Source: Marinilabiliales bacterium (lineage in GTDB: Bacteria > Bacteroidota > Bacteroidia > Bacteroidales > DTU049). From it: a stretch of DNA of 55,201 nucleotides. The stretch lies in assembly GCA_002869435.1 (NCBI GenBank), contig PKSX01000200.1, forward strand, positions 1-55,201. The letters run 5' to 3'. Of the stretch, positions 1 through 10,194 are shown one piece after another (position 1 is the stretch's first letter; every line of letters begins with the position of its first letter). Under the pieces are notes generated by a model that was not told where the DNA came from, did not search any database, and saw only the letters and a list, made by a program, of their open reading frames with translations. Both the position numbers and the translations under genes were made by a program.

Positions 1-2594
1 AATGTATTGGAACCGGCCCCTATCAACCCCATATCTTCATCATGATTCTGATATCCTATATAATAACTTCCATTCATCAGAAATGTTCTAATGGCAAACA
101 TCGATGATTCAGATATTTCTTTTCGTTCAATCACTTCGCCGTTAATATTCATTACATACATCACCCCTTCATCAAAAATGATAAAATCATCACCCAGTTT
201 TGCAAAAACATAGTCTTCGGAATATGAACCTGGAATAATGATTTCACCAATTCCATCAGGGGTTATGCTGATAATTGATCCTTCGAGATCTGAAGCATAA
301 AAAGCATTGTGCTCATCATCTGCATAAAATGTGTTACATGCTTTATTAAACCAAACATCCATTATCTCCACCAGTGTTTCTCCTCTGCGGTTGGCAATGA
401 ATACCGAATTATCAGATTGCAGTGTAATAATATAATCTTTGCCATTAAGTCGGCGATATATAATGTTCTTTTCAAATTGCATATCTCCTTTTGGTTTTTC
501 CCAACCCGGAGTGTTTTTGCCTTCAAGATTGTAATTTCTTATTTCTCCGTCTTTGTCGCTGAATATAATTCTATATTTATGATTTTTGTCGTAGTCAGTT
601 ATAATTACGGGAGTTGCTATTCCCTCGCTTACTTTTACCGGAAACGGCGTTTTACTCTTTCCGTCAATACCAATCATATACAAATAATCACCTGCAGAAA
701 ACACCACTGCACAGCGGTTTTCATCATTGGCATACACTAAAGAATAATCATTATTGGGCTTTCCCTCAATACTGGTTTTCCATTCGACCCGACCTTGACT
801 ATCAAGCAGGTAAATATTCTCATAAACATCTGATGCAATAATCCAGTATTTTTTGAGAGCCGGGGCATTTAAAATCACAGGGCCGCTTTCAATGCGGGCG
901 TCGAGAGAGGTGAACCACCCCGCAATAACATTTCCTTCCGCTTTACCAAATACAATACTCCCGCTAAATAATATTCCCTGGTCTTCTTTAGAACTCGTTA
1001 TAGCCATATACATACCATGTTCCTTATCGGAAAGATTTTGCACCGACGTCATGGTTGATGAATCTCCAAGCCATCTCATGTTTAACTGATATAATGCATT
1101 GTTAACATTCAGATACGACCAGGTATTCCAGGTGGAGTTTAATCCGCTTTTCAATTGCTTATAGTGAGGTGCAGAAGCAAGTGTGCGCCCCGAAAGCACA
1201 TTATTCAACATGTTTTTCAGGCTGCTTACACTATTTCCAATGTATAAAACCGAATCACAAATGGCAATATGCGTTTTTTCTATGGCATTAAAAAACGGAC
1301 CAAACAGGCTATAAGAACCATACTGAACAGGGATGGAAAAAATTGTAATATCCCTGAAAGCCGTGCTGTCCCAATGGCGTTTTTCACTGCTGTTTTTCAT
1401 TTGTTTACGCATGCCCTCTTCAAGATCCGCTGCATTATTTATGCCTACGGTACAAAAAACATCCGGTTCTACACTTTGTGTTCCCGGGCAGGCAAATACA
1501 CATAGTGTATTACTAAAATGACTGATAAGTAAATCTGCCAGATCTTCACTCCCTGCAGATTCATTGAACAGATATTGTTCAGAAGAGGCATCGAAAGCAA
1601 CGTCCTTTCTGTTCATATAATCTTCCCAAGATTTTTGAAATGTTGTAAAATCATTAAAAGAATATGCCTGAGCAGAAGAAGTGTTTGCCGGAAGAAATTT
1701 ATCGAAACTACCACTTACAACAGAAGCTGATTTGAACACATTTATAAATGATTTCTGACCATTTTCATTTGGAAAAACACCGGCAAACAATAATTGGGCA
1801 TCGCTATATGAAATATCAATATTTCCCCACCCGGCAAAATCCTGCAGAAAGGCCAGGTCACCATATGCATCTCCACTGAATATGCCTCCAAGCATTCTGT
1901 AGATAAATTGCAAATGAATAAATGCATTTACATCTGCCGACTCCGAAGCTGCTTCTAAACTTTTTTGAAAGTTTTTATTGTCTGTGAATGAATTTCCATT
2001 GTCGCAAGTAGTAATACTTGAATGCAATAATAAATTGTTTTTTGATGCTACTATTAAATTGCCATATCGGTAAGCATAAAAAGATGCATCATCAATCGAC
2101 AAATAGTCTGTTCCCTCAAATTCCTTTTCTGAAACATTAAGATTTTCGTTCTCCAACAGCGCATCATCCATTCCGCCTATATTACCATCTGTTTCAAGAA
2201 TGAACAGTGCCGTCGCCGGGTTTCTGGCTGAAAAATGCAATGATATATATATAGTGCTTTCACGCAGCAGATTTTCTTGTCCATCTATTGTTCCAAACAA
2301 GGTATCTGCGGCTGACAGCCCTTCTAAAAAATCATGTATGGCTGCGAATTCATACAATTGTGCCGGCAGGCGCTGAGCTGAATCATTACCCAAAAGCAAC
2401 TCAACATTATTAATCTTAAAGATTATAGCTGCATCATCAGGAATAACAGTTAACGGGTCGTATTTTCTCCCTGATGAAAAAGGTCGAAATATGAAAAACA
2501 ACACAACAAGCAGTACAACCAGGCCAATAGCTGAATAAATCAGCATTTTTCTACGGCCGGCCGGGTCTTTCAGAAAAGCAAACATTTTTCCCAT
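1..2594 (-). CDS. Large membrane-anchored protein, 3'-truncated by the window edge (N-terminal TM helix; C-terminal part with beta-propeller-like repeats; possibly DUF3352-type)
   Basis: Own translation of the - strand. The frame is open from the ATG at 2594 (MGKMFAFLKDPAGRRKMLIYSAIGLVVLLVVLFFIF...; alternative ATGs at 2585 and 2546) down to base 1. It is absent from the ORF track because it has no stop inside the window. I spot-checked the frame at three places. Segments such as YWIIASDVYENIYLLDSQGRVEWK and YRIIFSDKDGEIRNYNLEGK look like propeller blades. The family name is a guess. Confidence 0.7.
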   Translation of the reverse strand, partial: MGKMFAFLKDPAGRRKMLIYSAIGLVVLLVVLFFIFRPFSSGRKYDPLTVIPDDAAIIFKINNVELLLGNDSAQRLPAQLYEFAAIHDFLEGLSAADTLFGTIDGQENLLRESTIYISLHFSARNPATALFILETDGNIGGMDDALLENENLNVSEKEFEGTDYLSIDDASFYAYRYGNLIVASKNNLLLHSSITTCDNGNSFTDNKNFQKSLEAASESADVNAFIHLQFIYRMLGGIFSGDAYGDLAFLQDFAGWGNIDISYSDAQLLFAGVFPNENGQKSFINVFKSASVVSGSFDKFLPANTSSAQAYSFNDFTTFQKSWEDYMNRKDVAFDASSEQYLFNESAGSEDLADLLISHFSNTLCVFACPGTQSVEPDVFCTVGINNAADLEEGMRKQMKNSSEKRHWDSTAFRDITIFSIPVQYGSYSLFGPFFNAIEKTHIAICDSVLYIGNSVSSLKNMLNNVLSGRTLASAPHYKQLKSGLNSTWNTWSYLNVNNALYQLNMRWLGDSSTMTSVQNLSDKEHGMYMAITSSKEDQGILFSGSIVFGKAEGNVIAGWFTSLDARIESGPVILNAPALKKYWIIASDVYENIYLLDSQGRVEWKTSIEGKPNNDYSLVYANDENRCAVVFSAGDYLYMIGIDGKSKTPFPVKVSEGIATPVIITDYDKNHKYRIIFSDKDGEIRNYNLEGKNTPGWEKPKGDMQFEKNIIYRRLNGKDYIITLQSDNSVFIANRRGETLVEIMDVWFNKACNTFYADDEHNAFYASDLEGSIISITPDGIGEIIIPGSYSEDYVFAKLGDDFIIFDEGVMYVMNINGEVIERKEISESSMFAIRTFLMNGSYYIGYQNHDEDMGLIGAGSNT

Positions 2595-2879
2595 AATGCA
2601 AAACTATAAACACATTGACAAACAGTAATAAGAAAACTATGATAAAATCAACATTCATATGTTGATTCCTCTTTCTATATATTAGTTTAAAAGCTCTTAA
2701 AGTTATTAACACACTGTTGAGAAGTATAAAAAAGAGATTTTTTATTATTTCGCTAACCATCAACAAGTTAACAAAAACAGCTGTATTTATTTCTTGGTTA
2801 TTGTTAATAATTTAATTATTTTTGAAACCTGATTTGGGTATCTACGTACAAAATCAATACATTACCAAGCCATTGAGTC

Positions 2880-3323
2880 ATGAAAAAAATGATTTTTCCT
2901 GTGCTTATATTGTTTCTGGCATTCAGTGCCTGTAAGCAAAGTACGCAAATTACAGGAACAGAAGACGAAAATGAACTTCTGAAAATCGGATACAACAGAA
3001 TTACGGTTAAAGATTATAAGGGTGGAATTCAGATTTTCACAAAAATAATTGAAATTAACTCAGAAAACGCAGAAGCATACGCATATCGTGGTTTATGTAA
3101 ATACCATCTGAAAGATTTCGAGGGTGCTATTAACGACTACAATGCGGCTCTGGAAATTCAGCCCGGTTATGCCGAGGTTTATGATCTCCGTGGTATTGCG
3201 AAAGGAGAGCTTGGAGATAAGGAGGGTGCTTGTGATGATTGGAAAAAAGCCTTCGAGTTTGGACTTAAAGGCGCTTTTGATCTTATCAAGGAATTTTGTT
3301 GGGATGAAGAAGCAGAAAACTAA
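2880..3323 (+). CDS. TPR-repeat lipoprotein
   Basis: Lipoprotein-type signal MKKMIFPVLILFLAFSAC. TPR-like repeats are present (AEAYAYRGLCKYHLKDFEGAINDYNAALEIQPGYAEVYDLRG). Confidence 0.8.
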   Translation: MKKMIFPVLILFLAFSACKQSTQITGTEDENELLKIGYNRITVKDYKGGIQIFTKIIEINSENAEAYAYRGLCKYHLKDFEGAINDYNAALEIQPGYAEVYDLRGIAKGELGDKEGACDDWKKAFEFGLKGAFDLIKEFCWDEEAEN

Positions 3324-3346
3324 TTTAGTTTAAAGATATTAATTTT

Positions 3347-3371
3347 ACCACGCCAAAAGCGTGGTTTTTTT
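3347..3371 (+). terminator. Rho-independent terminator-like hairpin directly abutting the next start codon
   Basis: Stem accacgc (3347-3353), loop caaaa, stem gcgtggt (3359-3365), then a T-run to 3371. The ATG of the next gene is at 3372. Confidence 0.6.
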
Positions 3372-5042
3372 ATGCGTACAATTATCATTTTCATATTGAC
3401 TCTGTTGGCCATTGATGTTTTTGCCCAAAACAGCAATCCTGCGCCTCCCTTATATCCCCCACTGGAACTTACCAGTAATTTTGCCGAATACAGAAAAAAC
3501 CATTTTCACGGTGGACTTGATTTGCGTGTGGCCAACAAAACCGACCGGTCGGTTTTTTCAATTTGGGATGGATATGTTTCACGTGTAAGATTTAATCCCG
3601 CTTCCTATGGCCGTGCAATATATATTACGCACCCTAATGGATATATGAGTGTGTATGGTCATCTGGACTCATATATTCCCGAAATAGATTCGGTTGTAAG
3701 GGCTTATCAATATACTCATCAAATTTTTGATATTGATATAGAACTCGAAAAAGATGCAATTCCACTGAAGAAAGGACAGAAAATTGGTGTTGCCGGCAAT
3801 TCCGGATATAGCTTTGGTGCTCATTTGCATTTCGAAATAAGAAAAAACAATGGTGAAACCCCGGTTAACCCTGCTACTTTTTACGATCTCAATGATAACT
3901 CGGCACCCGTATTTAAACGCCTTTATATATACACACCTTGCCAAGGAATGGATTATCCGTATGTTTCCAAAAGCTTTGCAACAGGTCGCAGCGGAAGAAA
4001 TTATATTGTAAACGGCACTGTTTTAATCCCTGATTCATCATTTCTGGGGTTCGATGTTCAAGATTATCAAACCGGTGGGTGGTCAAGATTGCTACCGTAT
4101 TCTGTGCAGGTATATTTCGACGATAGTTTAATCTGGCATATTCAGTTTGATGAGTTCAACTACAATCAAACCAGAGCCTGTGCATCCGTATTCGATCATA
4201 AGGAAGGGCTGAACAACAGAAAACAAATAATTGTTACTAAAAAGCCAAAGGGCAGCTTTCTGAAAATGTATAAGGTTGCTAAAGGAAACGGATATTTGAG
4301 AATAACCGATGACGAGATTCACAAAATCCATGTAAAGGCCTCAGATACAGAACTCAACAGTTCAAATTTATTTTTCAATGTTAAGCGCACAAATCAAAAA
4401 CAGGAGGTTTGTGACTGTGCCGGTATTGTCGGACCATGGAATTTAATTGAGTTTCGAACCGAAAATATTATTTTTCAATACGATACCAATTCCTTTTACG
4501 ACAAACATTGTCTTCGAAGTTCATTTATCAGAGAATATTACAGAGAAGGATTTCTACACTGGCAAATTGGAAACGGTTATATGGCCCTTGCAAAAGATCT
4601 GAAATTAGAATTCCCTGCCATTAAATCCTGGCCCGAACACTATGTTTTTGCACAAATGATTGACGGTAAAATCAGAAATGCATGGCTGCCGAAAAAAGAC
4701 AAAAATGGCCATTATTACCATATGCTCGATCGTCTCGGGACATTCTCTTTGATTAAAGACAGCATAGCACCGGAGATTAAAAAAACCAATGTGAAAAACG
4801 GAAGAAACTCTGCATATCAAAGATTTCTGACTTTTGAAGTAGAAGATAATTCAACTGAAATTCCACAGTTCAATGCCTGGATTAACGGCGAGTGGGTGCT
4901 CATGACCTATGATTATAAAGAAGATCTTTTCAGCATTGAAATCACACGGGCACAACATGCCGGAATGAAAGATCTTAAAGTAGAATTTATTGACCTGGCC
5001 GGGAATAAAAGTGAATTGTCCTTTGATTTTACCAGGCCTTAA
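3372..5042 (+). CDS. M23 family metallopeptidase (secreted)
   Basis: Signal peptide MRTIIIFILTLLAIDVFAQ. M23 motifs are HFHGGLDLR and GNSGYSFGAHLHFEIR. Confidence 0.85.
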   Translation: MRTIIIFILTLLAIDVFAQNSNPAPPLYPPLELTSNFAEYRKNHFHGGLDLRVANKTDRSVFSIWDGYVSRVRFNPASYGRAIYITHPNGYMSVYGHLDSYIPEIDSVVRAYQYTHQIFDIDIELEKDAIPLKKGQKIGVAGNSGYSFGAHLHFEIRKNNGETPVNPATFYDLNDNSAPVFKRLYIYTPCQGMDYPYVSKSFATGRSGRNYIVNGTVLIPDSSFLGFDVQDYQTGGWSRLLPYSVQVYFDDSLIWHIQFDEFNYNQTRACASVFDHKEGLNNRKQIIVTKKPKGSFLKMYKVAKGNGYLRITDDEIHKIHVKASDTELNSSNLFFNVKRTNQKQEVCDCAGIVGPWNLIEFRTENIIFQYDTNSFYDKHCLRSSFIREYYREGFLHWQIGNGYMALAKDLKLEFPAIKSWPEHYVFAQMIDGKIRNAWLPKKDKNGHYYHMLDRLGTFSLIKDSIAPEIKKTNVKNGRNSAYQRFLTFEVEDNSTEIPQFNAWINGEWVLMTYDYKEDLFSIEITRAQHAGMKDLKVEFIDLAGNKSELSFDFTRP

Positions 5043-5998
5043 TCTGAGTTCAAGTCCTTTTTAGGCACAGAATTAATATCGATCTGTATTGCCTGCAAAA
5101 TAAATTGTATACCTAAAATGATGGGTAATATGGCGAGCATTACAGTACCAGTACTGTTTATTTCATCGTTCATAACACCATAAATCCAGCGATAAATGCC
5201 AAAAATAGTTCCAAACAGAAACATTGGTACACCAACCAGTGTATATACTGAACCCATATTAAAATCAAAGAAGAAATATTTGTATAAAATACGCTTTAAG
5301 AAACGATGTTTTAACTGAAAAGGAAACCTCAACAATACATTGCCAATTTTAAGTGAGCTTTCTTCTTCTCCGTATATAGCCGGCATGGGTACATCTTTTA
5401 CTACTCCATTATATATATTCAGATGCACAAGCATATCTGACTCAAAAAAATATCGTTTTGAAAGTTTTTCAAAATTAAATCTCTGCAACATCTCTGTTCT
5501 TATCGCCGTAAATCCATTGGTTGGATCCATAATATTCCAGTATCCCGAACACACTTTGAGCATAAACGACATGGCACTATTGCCAAGTAGTCTTATTCTG
5601 GGCATATTTTTTAAATATGCCCGTTCTTTGAACCTGTTTCCTTTACAGTAATCTGCTTTGTTTTCTCTTAATGGTTTTAATAATTTATCAAGATATTCAG
5701 GATCCATTTGGCCATCTCCGTCCATTTTCACAATATAATCCGCGCCAAGTTCTATTGCTTTTTGATATCCTGAAATAACAGCAGCCCCAACCCCTCCGTT
5801 CTTCTCATGAAAAACAACGTTAATGCGATGATCTTTTTTTATTAGTTCTTCTGCAATCTTTCCTGAATTCTGAGGGCACTTGTCATCAACAACAATTATG
5901 AAATTGATAAAGCCCGGTATTCCCTCAATAACCTTTTCGATATGGCGGGACACCTTATAAGCAGGAATTACCACAGCTGTCTTGTCTGAACTGCTCAT
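5039..5998 (-). CDS. Family 2 glycosyltransferase (polyprenol-phosphate sugar transferase-like, with C-terminal TM helices)
   Basis: N-terminal VVIPAYKVSRHIEKVIEGIP...VVDDKCPQNSG and a DGDGQ motif. The C-terminus is hydrophobic (VYTLVGVPMFLFGTIFGIY, VMLAILPIILGIQFIL). Confidence 0.85.
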   Translation of the reverse strand: MSSSDKTAVVIPAYKVSRHIEKVIEGIPGFINFIIVVDDKCPQNSGKIAEELIKKDHRINVVFHEKNGGVGAAVISGYQKAIELGADYIVKMDGDGQMDPEYLDKLLKPLRENKADYCKGNRFKERAYLKNMPRIRLLGNSAMSFMLKVCSGYWNIMDPTNGFTAIRTEMLQRFNFEKLSKRYFFESDMLVHLNIYNGVVKDVPMPAIYGEEESSLKIGNVLLRFPFQLKHRFLKRILYKYFFFDFNMGSVYTLVGVPMFLFGTIFGIYRWIYGVMNDEINSTGTVMLAILPIILGIQFILQAIQIDINSVPKKDLNSD

Positions 5999-6030
5999 GA
6001 AATTACATTGTAATGCAAATGTAGGTAATT

Positions 6031-6065
6031 AAAATAAAAAAGCCGACTTTATAAAAGCCGGCTTT
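6031..6065 (-). terminator. Rho-independent terminator downstream of sppA
   Basis: On the - strand the sequence is AAAGCCGGC-TTTTATAAA-GTCGGCTTT followed by a T-run. One pair is a G-U wobble only in the - strand orientation. Confidence 0.65.
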
Positions 6066-6083
6066 ACAATATCTAGGGTTTTA

Positions 6084-7853
6084 TTATTCTACATAAATGA
6101 AATATGGAAGGCGTGCCTGAACACCCTGAACGTCTTTTAATTGTATATAAGCATCATACAATGGTGCAAAAACACCAAGTTCCAGCTTTATTTGTTCCGA
6201 AACAGATGACTGTGCTGACATTTCACTTAGAAACTCATCAAGAAAATCTTTTTGCTTCGGCAATTCTACAATTCTGTATTCTTCAAGACCTGCTTCAGCA
6301 GCTGCAAAATCAATCGCATCATCAAGGCCACCCAGTTCATCAACCAAGCCCAGGCCTAATGCATCTACTCCGCTCCAGATACGACCCTGGCCGATGCTGT
6401 CAACTTCTGCAATGGATAATCCTCTTCCCTGCGAAACTCTTTCTAAAAATGTGGAATAAATACTTTCAATTGATTTTAACATAACTGCTTTATCAAAATC
6501 ACTCATAGCATGAGAAACTGAAATATAATCGGAGTGTTCGTTTGTTTTAACCTCATCAAATGTAATTCCGAGTTTATTATTGAACATTTTCTCCATATTT
6601 GGAATCACCCCAAAAACACCAATACTACCAGTAAGTGTAGTGGGTTCTGCATATATTTTACGAGCGGCACACGAAATATAATATCCTCCTGAAGCTGCAT
6701 AATCGCCCATAGATACAATAACAGGCTTCACTTCGTTGGTGAGATAAACTTCGTGCCAAATCATATCCGAGGCCAGGGCATCACCTCCGGGGCTATTAAC
6801 CCTGAGAACAACCGCTTTAATTGATGAATCAGCTCGGGCTTGACGAATAGTATTGCTAATATATTCCCCTTCAATATTATCTGTAGTTGAACCACCATTT
6901 ACAATAGAGCCGTATGCATAAATAACTGCAATTTTATCTTTTTTGAATGAAACAAATTTGCCTTTTATATCCTCATAGTAATTCGAAATAGATAAATATG
7001 GAATATCTTCATCTGCTTCAATAGAAGCCTTTTCTCCAATCAATGCATCTAATTCATCCCTGTATATCAATCCGTCAACCATTTTGTATTTTAAAGCACC
7101 ATTAGCATCCCACGTATAAAGGCTATCGGCAATAATATTGAGCTGATCAACAGAGATACCCCTCGATTCTGAAACACCGGCCAAAATGTGATTCCATATA
7201 CTGGAAGCATATGTAGTTAACTGCTCTCTGTTTGAATCACTCATTTTCTCCAGCATAAACGGTTCAACCGCACTTTTAAATTTTCCGTGACGAATAATTT
7301 GTGCTTCAATCTCCAGCTTTGAAAGAGCATTTTTGAAAAACATAAGCTCCATGTATATTCCCTTAAACTCAAGATAGCCCAACGGATTCATGAATACTAA
7401 ATCAGCCGCAGATGCCAGATAATATGCACGTTGTGATAAGTTTTCTCCATAAGCCACTACAAATTTTCCCGATTCCTTAAAATCGATAATAGCATTTCTG
7501 ATAGATTCAATAGTAGCATAATTTGACGGCACTGTCGACAAATCAAGTAATATTCCTTTTACGCGATCATCCTGTGCTGCATATTCTATACTGTTTAAAA
7601 TTGCATTTAACCCTAATTGTTTTTTGGCCTTCATTGTATTGATGTCAAAATCATCAAACGGGTTATTGGAATTTCTTTCCGGGACCGGATTATTCAGTTT
7701 TATTGTCAATACGGTATTTTCGGGAACTTTAACTTCCTTTTCGAATGAAGCGACCATTCCAACCATAATCGCAAAAAAGATAACGCCCAAAACGACCATG
7801 GTTAAAATAAACCCGACCATTGAGGCAAACATCATTTTGAAAAATTCTCTCAT
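6084..7853 (-). CDS. sppA: Signal peptide peptidase SppA, 67K type
   Basis: Two ClpP/S49-like halves, including GDYAASGGYYISCAA. I chose the ATG at 7853 (MREFFKMMFASMVGFILTMVVLGVIFF, a typical SppA N-terminal TM). The longest ORF starts at 7907. Confidence 0.85.
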   Translation of the reverse strand: MREFFKMMFASMVGFILTMVVLGVIFFAIMVGMVASFEKEVKVPENTVLTIKLNNPVPERNSNNPFDDFDINTMKAKKQLGLNAILNSIEYAAQDDRVKGILLDLSTVPSNYATIESIRNAIIDFKESGKFVVAYGENLSQRAYYLASAADLVFMNPLGYLEFKGIYMELMFFKNALSKLEIEAQIIRHGKFKSAVEPFMLEKMSDSNREQLTTYASSIWNHILAGVSESRGISVDQLNIIADSLYTWDANGALKYKMVDGLIYRDELDALIGEKASIEADEDIPYLSISNYYEDIKGKFVSFKKDKIAVIYAYGSIVNGGSTTDNIEGEYISNTIRQARADSSIKAVVLRVNSPGGDALASDMIWHEVYLTNEVKPVIVSMGDYAASGGYYISCAARKIYAEPTTLTGSIGVFGVIPNMEKMFNNKLGITFDEVKTNEHSDYISVSHAMSDFDKAVMLKSIESIYSTFLERVSQGRGLSIAEVDSIGQGRIWSGVDALGLGLVDELGGLDDAIDFAAAEAGLEEYRIVELPKQKDFLDEFLSEMSAQSSVSEQIKLELGVFAPLYDAYIQLKDVQGVQARLPYFIYVE

Positions 7854-8000
7854 ACGAACTTTGTTTTTATTTTTGTGTAAATATATGAACTTTGATCCGG
7901 CTTTCAAAAAAAACCACCGGCATGATATACCGGTGGTCCATAAAAACCAACCAATTGTTTTAGAACATCTACAAGACGGTTTATTGATTAAAAAGTTACA

Positions 8001-8516
8001 ATGTTGAATAAAAAAAAAATAAACACGGTGTATTTAAGTCTCGGAGCCAATATCGGAGACCGGGTATCTACACTTAATGATGCAATTATCTTACTTAAAT
8101 TATTGTGTGGAGATCTTGTGCAAAAAAGTGTCATTTACGAATCAGAAGCATGGGGTTTTGAATCAGATAACAAGTTCTTAAACATGTGTGTTGAAATGAG
8201 TACTTATCTCACTTTTTCAGAATTCACTACTGAAATTAAGGCCATTGAAAAAAAATTAGGACGTACAGAAAAATCAATAAATAGTATTTATAAAGATCGT
8301 TTAATAGACATCGATATACTGTATTTCGGTCATACAATTGTAAACAGCCGGGAATTTACTATCCCACATCCCAGAATGCATGAAAGAAGATTTGTATTAA
8401 AGCCTCTTGCTGACATTGCCGGGGACATAATTCACCCGGTGTTGAAAAAAACTACTGCTGAATTACTGCGCGAGTGTAAAGATGTCTCAAAACTTAATGT
8501 ATATTTGGGACAGTAA
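8001..8516 (+). CDS. folK: 2-amino-4-hydroxy-6-hydroxymethyldihydropteridine diphosphokinase (HPPK)
   Basis: VYLSLGANIGDR near the N-terminus, and TIPHPRMHERRFVLKPLADIA. Confidence 0.9.
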   Translation: MLNKKKINTVYLSLGANIGDRVSTLNDAIILLKLLCGDLVQKSVIYESEAWGFESDNKFLNMCVEMSTYLTFSEFTTEIKAIEKKLGRTEKSINSIYKDRLIDIDILYFGHTIVNSREFTIPHPRMHERRFVLKPLADIAGDIIHPVLKKTTAELLRECKDVSKLNVYLGQ

Positions 8517-8517
8517 A

Positions 8518-9171
8518 ATGTCGCTGAAGTTTCCATACAGATATATTGCCATTGAAGGGTGCATTGGGGCTGGTAAAACAAGTTTTTCTAAAATGCTTGC
8601 TGCCAAATGCAATGGAAAACTCATTCTTGAGGAGTTTGAAGAAAATGACTTCCTGCCAAAGTTTTACAAAAATCCGGATCGATATGCTTTTCCGCTAGAA
8701 TTATCGTTTTTAGCGGCCCGTTTCCATCAATTCAAAAATAATGTGATTAATCCGGAATTGTTTTTTGATCACCTTGTGGCAGATTATATCTTTCCTAAAT
8801 CGCTAATATTTTCACGTAAAACACTTCAGCAAGACGAATACGATCTTTATAAAACACTTTTCAAAATAATCGATTCAAATCTTCCCCGACCTGATATTAT
8901 TTTATATCTGCATGTTCATCCCGAAAAACTAAAAGAGAACATCACTACACGAGGCAGAGACTACGAACAGGAAATTTCTCTGGAATATCTGGAAAACATA
9001 CAACAGAGTTATATGGATTATTTTAAAGAGCAAAGCAATTTGCGCATAGTTCTTGCAGATACCAACGAAATGGATTTCGTGCACAATGAAGAACATTTAC
9101 TGGCGTTAATATCTATATTGGATCGCGACTGGCCAACAGGAATAAGTGTTGTAGATCCGCTAAATACATAA
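8518..9171 (+). CDS. Deoxynucleoside kinase family protein
   Basis: P-loop IAIEGCIGAGKTS and a dNK-like body. The ATG at 8518 lies 1 nt after the folK stop. The ORF-track start at 8482 would overlap folK. Confidence 0.8.
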   Translation: MSLKFPYRYIAIEGCIGAGKTSFSKMLAAKCNGKLILEEFEENDFLPKFYKNPDRYAFPLELSFLAARFHQFKNNVINPELFFDHLVADYIFPKSLIFSRKTLQQDEYDLYKTLFKIIDSNLPRPDIILYLHVHPEKLKENITTRGRDYEQEISLEYLENIQQSYMDYFKEQSNLRIVLADTNEMDFVHNEEHLLALISILDRDWPTGISVVDPLNT

Positions 9172-9181
9172 TTTCAAAAAA

Positions 9182-10189
9182 ATGAAACACATCATATTCG
9201 GCTTTATCGCCTTGTTTTTAGCTCAGGTTTTATGGGCACAGCAAACATTTGAATTTAATGAAACCGATCGAACAAACCGTATTAAAGAAGATATTACGGT
9301 GCTGGCACACGACAGTTTGCGGGGACGTGAAGGCGGTAGCGAATGGGAATTCCGCGCGGGGAATTATATCATTAAAGAATATGAAGAAATTGGGTTAACG
9401 CCTTTACCAGATTTGGAATACTTTCGCCAACCGTTTACTATTGAAAAATCGGTTCATACCAAAGATTCAATGATTACCATAGAGGTAGAATCAAATAATA
9501 TTCTGGGTTATCTCGACAACGGGATGCCATACACTATTGTTATTGGTGCACATTACGATCATTTGGGATATAAATATAATTCTGACAGTGCACTCATTAT
9601 TTATAATGGTGCAGACGATAACGCCAGTGGCTCTGCTGCTGTAATGGAAATGGCCCGATATATTAAAAACAATGAAGCTTTTCATAAGTATAATTACATT
9701 TTCGCCTGCTGGGGTTCCGAAGAAAAAGGCTTGCTGGGATCTAATTATTTTTGCAGTAGTGAGATTTACCCGTTTAATAAAATGGCCTTCTACGTAAATT
9801 TCGATATGATTGGCCGCCTGGGTTGGAAAAGAAACCAGATTGATATTTTTGGAATGGGATCATCAACGGTATGGGAGGGTTTTGTTCCTGAAGATAAATA
9901 CGAAGATTATAAACTCAAAAAAATGGCAGCAGCCTTCGACGCCAGCGATCACGCCTGCTTCTATAAAAATCAAACTCCATTTATCTATTTTACCAGTGGT
10001 CTGCCTCCACAATATCATCAACCGACAGACGAAAGTGATATAATTAATTTTCAGGGTGTTACCGACATCATTGAATACTGTGAAAGCATTATTCTGAAAT
10101 TTGATGGTGAAAAACCCGATTTTCGTGAATTTACAGACAAAGAAATCAGTAAAGTTTCAATCTATTTTATCGGGCAGTTTTTTAATTGA
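9182..10189 (+). CDS. M28 family metallopeptidase (aminopeptidase)
   Basis: Signal peptide present. M28 motifs are GAHYDHLG, GADDNASGSAAVMEMAR, WGSEEKGLLGS and NFDMIG. Confidence 0.85.
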   Translation: MKHIIFGFIALFLAQVLWAQQTFEFNETDRTNRIKEDITVLAHDSLRGREGGSEWEFRAGNYIIKEYEEIGLTPLPDLEYFRQPFTIEKSVHTKDSMITIEVESNNILGYLDNGMPYTIVIGAHYDHLGYKYNSDSALIIYNGADDNASGSAAVMEMARYIKNNEAFHKYNYIFACWGSEEKGLLGSNYFCSSEIYPFNKMAFYVNFDMIGRLGWKRNQIDIFGMGSSTVWEGFVPEDKYEDYKLKKMAAAFDASDHACFYKNQTPFIYFTSGLPPQYHQPTDESDIINFQGVTDIIEYCESIILKFDGEKPDFREFTDKEISKVSIYFIGQFFN

Positions 10190-10194
10190 TATCC

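Noticed and set aside
2647-2666. 8-bp inverted repeat atcaacat-tcat-atgttgat in the divergent promoter region 2595-2879
   Set aside because: It is short and AT-rich, and could easily arise by chance. It has no flanking U-tract and there are no repeated copies elsewhere in the window.
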